Assembly (NCBI GenBank): GCA_965644315.1
Contig: CBFFRQ010000001.1
Span: 1-47,639, forward strand
Length of the DNA: 47,639 nt
Direction: 5' to 3'
DNA from: Caecitellus pseudoparvulus
Taxonomy: Eukaryota; Protista; Bigyra: Bicosoecida
This document shows positions 1 to 8,600 of the stretch, one piece after another; positions within the stretch are counted from its first letter, which is position 1, and each line of letters begins with the position of its first letter. The translations under genes were made by a program, and so were the position numbers. The notes under the pieces are model-generated. The model saw nothing but the letters and a program-made list of their open reading frames with translations, did not search any database and was not told the origin of the DNA.

Positions 1-698
1 TGGGCCATATTTTCCAATCTGAGGGGCTGGGAATCGGAACACAGTATAGACATGATGCTGATAACGTCTCATTAGTTGGTCTCTTTGTGGAGCGGTCGTT
101 GACACAGGCAGTCTTGATTATGAAAGGCAGAGCCAGATTTCACCTTTATCTCGCAAGTGTCCAAGTGTTAGCCAGAAATGATAACACAGGCAAGTAGCAC
201 CGTGTTGTGGAAGCCGAGTTCTTGTTTAAACTCTGAACCTGTCTGCCAACGGCCATCGAAGGGATGGACGGCCTCGTTTCACACACTGTTTCAATGATAG
301 GTTGATCAGAAACGCAGGTGAAACGCACGCATTACTCGCTTGAAAGCATGCCTCCCTTGGCTTGCATGGGGTCGCAAAAGGTTTGTGACGGCTGTGTGGC
401 ATGGTAAGCTACATTTTGTAGTGGCATTAGGTCTTTGCCTTAAGGTCAGCTCATTCAATTTTCCTTGCATGTTGTCGCCTGAAACTCCTCCTCTCACTTT
501 AGCATCCGACTGCATTTTTTTGATGCATTCAAAGTCCATCCGCGCCACGACCCAGAAGACTGGCTTTTTTAACCAGATTCATAGGTGATCTGCTGTTCTG
601 CAAGCGGCCTAAAGCTTCCTCATTCTCTGAGCGTTGGGTTGAAAGGCAATCCTTGAAGCAGACACGTTGCAGCCACCACGCCGAGAATTGTACCTTAA

Positions 699-744
699 GG
701 GCTCAAATGCTATGTGGGCGGGGTCTCGTTTTGCTGGCGTTTCG
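699..744 (+). repeat. Left imperfect terminal inverted repeat
   Basis: GGGCTCA-N10-GGGC-GGGGTCTCG-TTTTGCTGGCGTTTCG; matches the reverse complement of 5509-5552 in three blocks. Confidence 0.85.
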
Positions 745-1131
745 AGGGCCACCACGCTCCCAGCGCAGTGTGGACTGTGGGGCAAGTAGAACACAACTCA
801 GAAGATTGATTTCACTTGCATTCAGTTACTGTAGCATGCATAAAGGTTTGGATGCCCTGCTGAATGTAGTTTGATTTCAGAATCCACAATAGGCGTGTGC
901 TAGGAATCATGGCCATAGCACGTGGTAACGCCAGGCGGAGCAAGAGGGCACGCCAAGGCCCACAGACACCCGTGCAGCGAGATGACGTACCGGTGTGCCG
1001 TTGTTTGAGATGTAAATCAAGTGATGACACATACAGTGAACCGTAGGTCTGCGCCTTGTGCCGCGTTGTGCCGCTTTGCTTGCCAGCAAGATTGCTGTGA
1101 CTTCCCGCACCCCAGAGCTGCACAACACGGG

Positions 1132-4100
1132 ATGAAGTGTAACTGTGAATGCAGAGCTGCGAGCAAGCTCAGGATTCTTTCCAGAGACTCAGTTGAAAAG
1201 GTTTGGGGACTGCACGGCGGGCAGGGGCCGCGGTTTGAGGGCAGAAGCTGGATTGTGTGCCGTTGCTGCCTGCAAACTCGGCGAACTCTTCTTGCAGCGG
1301 TATGTGCGGCGATGCAAACAATGTGACACACCAAGCAAGCCCACCATCCCGTCACTACATGTGTCTTGTTTCTTTTCGTGAACTCTTTCATCCATGGGTG
1401 ATGCGGCGTATCGCTAGAGCCTGTGTTGGAAGCAAGCTGCGTGTGTGCGATACTTTACTCCAAGCCCGCCTGCCTCTTGCGCAGCGCCGTGCAGCCGAAG
1501 CAGCCAAGGAAGAAGACCCAACACTTTCCTTACATCAATGTCCAGTCTGCCCAATCATCGCACCAGCCTCGGCGCCCCGACGGGCTCACCCCTCAGTTAT
1601 CAGTCACGCTGCGCCAGGCCAGAAGCTGAAGAAGTCGCAAGCGGTGCCGCTGAAGGACCTGAGCACCGAGTTCAAGGAAATGGTTCAGCAGGGGCTTGAG
1701 GAAATCCACTTGAAGGACTTTGCCGAACTCAAGATGTGCGCAGCGTGCTGGGTTGCTCTGGATAGGCAGGCGAAGCGCGTACTGAAAGAGGGTGAGGGGG
1801 GAACGCCCTACTGGAACAGGCCAGTCACCAAGAAGCGATCTCCTACTGTTCCCAACCTCACCAACCTCACCAGAGATGCCGGTAGACGCATAAGCAGGGT
1901 TCCCTTTGACTGCGCCTTCCTGCCGAGTGCTGAATTGCCCCCCGAACGCGCTGGTGCGACCGGCGCGGCCAGCAAGCCGCTGCACCCAGACGTGTATGTG
2001 CCCTGGGGCGGCGACGTGTGTTTCACGTCACATGACATGAACGCAGTGACCAACTTCGTGGCTGGCAATGCTGCTGCGTGCCGTAAGTGCGCCAAGTGTG
2101 GCACTGTGGGCCCGCTGGAGGTGGTGATGGTGCACACTCCGCAGCACTGCAACACCGCAACGCCCAACATAGCCCTGGTGCTCCCCTGCGGGCATGCTGT
2201 ACTGGACGCACAGTTCCGCAGCAACATGAAGGATAGGGGTCAGTCGTCAGCAATGGTGGATGCCCTGCGCATGGCCGCAGGGCCCTCCTCGGCAGTGCAG
2301 AACCGCCGTGCTGCAGCTGCCTTTGGCTGCAACGTCCCGTCGCTGTCCACTGCCCAGCGCGCGAGCAAGAGGTACACCGCAACAGCGAAGGACGTCACAA
2401 CAAGGACAAGCAAGGAGCTGCTGCTGGATCTCAAGGCAATGCTGGAGGCTTGTGGTATGAACAAGCCCCACACTGCGATGACCGCTGAGGAGAAGCTGAG
2501 CATTGCGCTCGGCACGCCGTACGTGCTAGCTTTTGACGGATACTACAACGCATTGGCAGGCAGGCGAGCACAATGGGGGGCAGGCACTCTGTGCGTCATG
2601 TCTACCGTAACTGGGAAGAGTGTGCCGCTCCTGGCTGTCAGTCGCGCGTCGCTGACAGTGTGGGGGCTTCAGGGCCACCTGGAGGGGGAAGTGCTCCCCA
2701 CGAACGCCAAGGGCCTCGAAATCGCCATAGCAGGGATAATGGTGCAGGAACTCAAAGCCATGGGCATTGAGACGATCCCTGTCATTGTCACTGACCTGGA
2801 TGCCGCTGTCCATGCAGCTTTCGACGGGTTTGCTTTGGTGCATGTCGCCGACAAGAACCACTACATGAAGAGCTTCTGCAAGCCCCTGTCTGAGATGCCA
2901 AGCAGGCTAGCGACAGAAACGACAGCCCTCCCATCTATCACACGCCGTGAAGTGATCCAGGACATCAAACAGGGCACCTTGGCGGCGCGTGGAGCTGCGC
3001 GCCCAGCTAAGGTTGCACGTCCAGCTGCCGCAGCCCATACGTCGCCACAGCCTGACAGCACGGAGGCCATGCCACGTGTCAACCAGAGCGACTATGCAGC
3101 ATTATACAGAGCTGCTAAGACTGAACAACCCGACCGCTTGACTGAGCCGCTCGTGCAGCAGCTGCTTCTCGTCACGGGGGCAGGGGAGGCCATCCCCGAC
3201 TTGGAGCGTGGCTTCCTGCAGGAGCGCTACCTGGCAGCACTTGCCGACGCTGAGGCAGGGCCAAACGAAGAGGATGAACAGCACCCAGAGGTTGATGGTG
3301 ACGACAGTGATGAGGAAGAGGAGGCAGCTGCGCCCACTACCCCCACAGCCAGAGGCGCCACCAAGCGAAGCAGGTCGGCTGCTGCTCCACTCAAGACCAA
3401 GGCTGCCGGGAAGTGGTTGCAAAGCAAGATGCGCCGCAACGTCCTGCAGGCTGTAGGAATTGCAACGCAACTTGGAACTCCGTATCGTGCCAGGGAGCTC
3501 ATGCAGATCTCCGTACAGCACTACTGTGGTGACCACTCACAGTGCCACCTGCTCTTCAACAAGCAGCCTGGAGAATGCCGCGCTGGGGCCATCTTCAGCC
3601 CCGATGGTCCAGCTGCACAGTACATGACAGCCCTCTTTGATCAGTACTTTGGATGTGTTGGCCAAGTCAGGCTGGACTCGCTGGGTGTCCTTCTTCTGCT
3701 CCACACAAACGCGTGTGAAAGCTTTGGGGCTGGCGCACGGAGGTACACCCCCAAGCACAACGCCTTCCGCACACGCTGGCCTGATGGCACCTTGAAAAAG
3801 CTCGCGGACGTGCACATGGGTTGTTCGACATCACGAGAGGTCATCTTGAAGGAGCTGGGCTGCAGCATGACCCGCTCCATGCAGCGGGTGTACACCGAGG
3901 ACGACGAGCGCAGGGCGAGGGCTGTGAAGCTGTCACTGTCTGGAGCAAGCAGCGCAAAGAAGGCCAAGCAAAACAGGGCACGCATCGTCGTCTGCAGCAA
4001 GGTGACAAAGTCTGCCATTGACACGTATAAAGTGAAGGGGCTATCCGATGCACAGCTCGAGCGCGCCGCGAAGCTCGCTGCCACAGCCGCCTTGCAGCAA

Positions 4101-4811
4101 GTGTCAGGAAGGCACGCAGCCACCCGCAGAGTTGTGGCGGGGGCAGCCAAGGCAGTGCTGGGTGGAGGAGGGCCACACCCAAGACAGCCGATGCCGCAAG
4201 GGCGAGTTACTGTTGTGGAAGGGTCTTGCGTTGGGCGGCCGAAGCGTGGTCGTCGTCGACGAAAGAGCCCAGTGGTGCCAGAAAGCACACAAGACCCTGC
4301 AGTCCCCCTAGAAGAAGAACCAGAGGAAGCGGGTTTTGAAGAAACTGAAGATGAGGGTAGTGGCGGAGAGTTCATCGCCCAGCAGCCTCGGGCATTCACA
4401 GGCTTCCTTGACCAGGAGGAGGGTGCTGCGTACGGGTGGCAACACGGCGCGGTTCGGTACGCCCCGGACGCCTTCGACGTTCCCGTGTACGGGATCGAGT
4501 ACTTTGTGCTGGGCAGGTGGACACAGTCGCTCTTCCATGCCCGTAAGCTGGACATGGCAGACGGGGAAGTGGACCCGGAGGAAGGGGCACCTGACGTGAC
4601 GGAGCGGGGGGGACCGATGTGCCTGCGGCGTGTACGGCTGTACGGCATGAGGCCCCAGGAGGAAGGGGACGACGAAGACTGTCGGCCTGTCGGGGACATG
4701 GTTGACATTGCCACTGTGCCTCTGGCCCAGGGGCCCCTGCGCGCGTACTCCTTCGAGGTTGCAGCGCAGGAGGCTGCTGAGGCTGCCGCGATGCCGTCTC
4801 CTGGGAAGTAA
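1132..4811 (+). CDS. Kolobok-type DDE transposase. Proposed exons 1132-1299 and 1485-4811; the 5' model is tentative, and the main ORF is 1257-4811.
   Basis: Motifs in order: AFDG (D1, 2535), VTGKSV, GLE, IVTDLD (D2, 2793), DKNH (C/DxxH), HYCGDHSQC, TNACESF...TPKH (E, 3717). Cys-pair zinc-finger-like segments lie N-terminally. The GTATGT donor at 1300 and CAG acceptor at 1484 are phase-compatible. Confidence 0.85.
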
Positions 4812-4826
4812 GTAGTGCATTTCTGG

Positions 4827-5347
4827 CTACCCAGATGACTTGAACCCAGTGCCACTGACGCCAAAGGCATCCTGGATGACTGTCACAAGCTCTTGGGGCA
4901 GTGGAAACCTGCGCCCAGCACACAGGAGCACGCGGGCAGCCAGAGTGTAGCAGGTGAACCTGCGAGCAGCCCCAACACGCCTTGTGTTTGAAGACGACAG
5001 GGTTGCCAATTCAACACCACTCAATGTCGAGGCCCCTTGCTCCAGCAACCACTCATGAAGTTCTTTCTTGGCGCTCTGTGTCAGTGCGCCGTACAGCTGT
5101 TGGGCTGCGATGGTGAGGTGGCGAAGTTGGAGCTTCGGAGGCCTCTTGCAACGCCATTGAAACTCTTACCCCACGTTCCGTCCTCATGGCATGATGGAGA
5201 CAGCTCCTCCGCGGCCGCCGCAAGGCCAGGCACCTCTGGAAGCTCAACAACTGCCAGCTCCTCTGCAGTTCTGCCTTTCAGTGCCTCCTCGCCGCCACCT
5301 GTAGCTGTGACTTGACGGCGGGTGCGTTTCCGGGGCCGTTTTGGCAT
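4827..5347 (-). CDS. KolX-like accessory protein (P2X7 cytoplasmic 'ballast'-like C-terminus), 151 aa, exons 5347-5170 and 5104-4827
   Basis: ATG at 5347 followed by the NLS-like PKRPRKRTRR. A 65-bp GTAAGA...CGCAG intron (5169-5105) joins the exons in phase. The C-terminal RRFTCY...GRRFPLPQELVTVIQDAFG...TGFK resembles the R-x-x-[AC]-Y...R-x-x-[LI]-P-x-x-x-V-x-x-I-x-x-x-F...[ST]GFK core of KolX/P2X7. Confidence 0.75.
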
Positions 5348-5508
5348 GCTAACCAGGGGCCAAAGCACGCTCAGGTGACAAGACCAAAATAAGAATACGG
5401 CGCACGGATAAATTGGAATGGTGTGCAAATGAAGGCATTCCTTTGTATTTTGGTGGCGCCCTGCTCACTGTACAAGCCGCCCCTTTATGCCGGTGAGGAG
5501 GGCATTCC

Positions 5509-5552
5509 CGAAACGCCCGCAGAAACCCCTTGCCCGGATTGACCGTGAGCCC
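5509..5552 (-). repeat. Right imperfect terminal inverted repeat
   Basis: Reverse complement reads GGGCTCA-N10-GGGC-AAGGGG-TTTCTGCGGGCGTTTCG and is directly abutted by TTAA. Confidence 0.85.
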
Positions 5553-5697
5553 TTAATCCGCGGCGCAAAGGCTTACCTTGCGTGTATCTGTTTGTCAATA
5601 CGCAAATCAGAAGGTGCGTTTGTGCTTTGTGGATGCAAAATAGCTGGTTGTCGTGCCTTGAGCCACACTGTGGGGTGTTCCTCTTCGACGAGTACTT

Positions 5698-8600
5698 GTG
5701 ATAAGGCCTGGTGCGCATCGCTACCTTGTGAAAAGAAGCTTTGTGTCAAATGACACAGCGTTGAGGTTAGCGTGTTCTTGCACTGGGCTGCAGGTACTTC
5801 TGATAATGTGGGCGCCTCGCAGGATGGCCTGGGCCAGTTCTTCAAGCTGCAAAACAGCAGGGACTCCAGACGGCGTAAACTTTGACACAACTAAAGGAAG
5901 ATTTGTGGACGTACATGGGCGTGTTCTGCATTCCGTACTACTGGGGGAAGGTAGCGACCAGGAACTGTTCACATTTTGCCATGAGCTACTCGCATATCTC
6001 GGCTCAAAGACTTCCATCGCCATCGACCCTCGAACAGGGCTCACAACAGAGCAGCTGGAGTCAGGCCATGGCCCAATTACACTCACCGACAAGACGTGGC
6101 AGACTGCAGATCGATCGTTGTCGTTCCAATCTGGGAAAGGGTGGAAGTATGTGAGGAAGAGGGGCAGCCGTCCTTCTACGCCACCTGCGAAAGGGTTTGG
6201 GACCGCATCGCTTGGTGCTGGCTCGTGGCTTGCTGACAAGAGTCGATCTTTCTTGAAAAAAGCGGGATTGTCAATTAGAGCCGAAGAACCTCATCCCGCA
6301 GTGCTTGACCTGTGCACGTGGGCTGAAGACGCTTGTGCTCGCGATGCTGATTTCCAGAGCTCGCTGACCGGCATTTCTGAACGCTGCAAGTGGGTGCTGG
6401 ATGCGTGCAACCACGATCCCTCATCTGATCAGACTGCTTCAAGTGCACTTGCCCTCGGTGAAGTCCTGAGCGACATTCTGCAGCGTTCGGACACAATCAA
6501 GAACCTTCCGCTGCTCGTCAGTATCCTACCGGCAGTGCTGGTCGCAGTGCAGATGTCCGGCATGGCCAAGAAGCACGGATCAAAACTGCAAGGTGCGGCT
6601 TTGGCTGGAGCAATCGTGCGCACACTGTGGTTTCAGAACATGGAAAACCTTGTGCTGGGTCCAGATGGTAGCGCCTGTGAGGCAGCACTCGGTCTTGTTG
6701 CCGAAACTGTCAAAGGGAAACTTTGGTATCTGGAGGCACTACAGGCTTCGTTCTTTAGCGTCACCCTCCCTCAGGATGGCACGGAGATCAGTGGGCATCT
6801 GTTGTCGCGAACTCCTCGCCAGTTACTGGTAGCGTCTCTGATGTTCTGCAGTATTTCTGCTTCATTGGAGCACAGCGGATCCTACATAGGGCGAAGCGCA
6901 AGCCAAGATGCAATGACTTACATGGTGCGAAGCCCACAGGCAGACTTCATGTCGCTGCACGCTGGCCTCGCACCAGCACAGTTCCTGGGGTGCCTGTTTG
7001 CTCTTGCGCGTGTGCAAAGCCTCGCACTCCCAGAAGGCGAGCTACTTCGTCCTATGTTCGCTGCTATGGCGCGGCGGTTCCAGGCTGCTTGGAGTGCTGG
7101 GCATGCCTTGCTGGTCCAGTGGACTGAGTTGCGGGCTCTTTTCGCTAAACCCGCCTTTGTAGGCATCTTGCTCAACACCGATGCCGAGTCACGCGTGGAG
7201 TGCATGCGTGAGCTTGTCACATGTGTTTTTGATGTAGGCATCCTCGCACGCCACGATGTGGTGTGTTTAGTCAACACTCTGCGGGGGTTAGGACAATCCC
7301 TGACTCGCAGCCGAGGTGGAGTCCATGCTGCAGCTGAAGGTGCTGCTGCGGACGTCAGTCCACAGTCAGCAGCTCCACAGATTGAAGCCTATGACGGAGT
7401 CTTTCGTGACATGCTCCAAGGGGCACACCTTGGTGTTCCTGAAGTTCACGGGGCCAACTTCGTTCGTGAAATGGACACCTGGCTTGGGGCTGGGGGCAGC
7501 GCCGAAGCCTGGCAGCAGGAAGCTTGGTATGACATGCTTGCCACGCGTTTTGGCGAGGCTGCCGCGCAGCCCAGTAGCATGGCAGGAATGACACCTGCTT
7601 CGGCCATTCAGGTGACCAGTCGGTGTCCTACATTGGAAGAAAGCGGTGCCTTCGTTGGACAGTGGATGTGGCACTTCTACAGCTACTGTTGTGTGCACGA
7701 GGCTCGCTCCGGTGCTGAAGGGGACTTGGTGGCTTTTGCAGCAGGCGCAGAGCTGGTCGTTGCGGCCACCTGCTCCCGTGGACAAGACCCGTCATCCAAG
7801 CAGCAGTGCTTGCTTTTGTGCCTGGGGACCTGGCTGGCCAGTGCTGAGGCCAACCTCCCTCCTGACACACGGCGCGCCCCCGCTCGCTCACGGTTCAGCA
7901 ACCGCATTCTCGCCGCGACACACTTGCTGCTACTGTCCGAGCGTGTGGTGGAGCTTTCGCGGGAGGTGTTCACGCCATCCACAAGCGAAGCACAGACTGA
8001 AACCTTCGAAGCGGAGCTGGCCCGAGTCTTGGACACCAGATGCCAGACAATCTGCAAGTGTGCGGGATTGCACGAGCATGCTGGGGTAGATGGAGAGGCC
8101 ATGAAAGCTCTGCATACTGCTGAGCAATGCCAGGTAAAGTCTGAGGCAGGCTGTCTGCCGTGGGTGTACATCATCTTCGCTTCAACTGTTGCTGGTCGCC
8201 TGTCACGCCATTGGTGGACTGCACAAGAAGAGAAGTCGCAGGGTCGCGCCATCATGAACTTGCTGACTCATGATGGCTGTGGACGCCGTGTGCGGCGTAC
8301 GGCGTGTCTGCCACGCTTGATGCTGGGTGTGGCTGCACTGCTTGAGCTTCCACGGTCGAATCCTTGGATGCTGCTCCGTGTGACTGGGTTTGAGGAGCTG
8401 TGCACACTGCTCAACGTGTCGGCCAGTGAAGGAGTATATGCATCCATTACTGATGAATTCGGTCAAGAACTAATTCCGGCTCTCACCATACAGAAAGCTG
8501 CTTCAGAGGCAACTGCGCAACTGGTGCCTCGCCCACGCAGCCTGGCTGAAGTCCTTGGAAGAGTTTGGAACTCTGTCCTTCTGCCTGTTCGCAAGATCTA

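Larger units (their letters stand above)
699..5552 (+). mobile_element. Kolobok-superfamily DNA transposon, apparently full-length (4,854 bp), flanked by a TTAA target-site duplication (695-698 and 5553-5556)
   Basis: TTAA|GGGCTCA... at the left end and ...TGAGCCC|TTAA at the right end. It encloses a DDE transposase (+) and a convergent KolX-like gene (-). A TTAA TSD, RR...YY termini and a transposase plus KolX pair are the established Kolobok hallmarks. Confidence 0.88.

Noticed and set aside
1-694. Possible exons left of the transposon
   Set aside because: Short open stretches and splice-like signals exist, but no consistent gene model or recognisable protein could be built.
3641-4870. 409-aa minus-strand ORF inside the transposon
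   Set aside because: Antisense shadow of the transposase; Ser/Ala-rich with no motifs.
699-5552. Long terminal direct repeats as in KolobokP or LTR elements
   Set aside because: No direct repeat is visible between the left (699-1130) and right (5350-5552) non-coding ends.
695-5556. piggyBac identity because of the TTAA TSD
   Set aside because: Termini are GGG...CCC rather than the CC...GG typical of piggyBac, the transposase has DDE plus DxxH rather than piggyBac DDD motifs, and a KolX-like gene is present.
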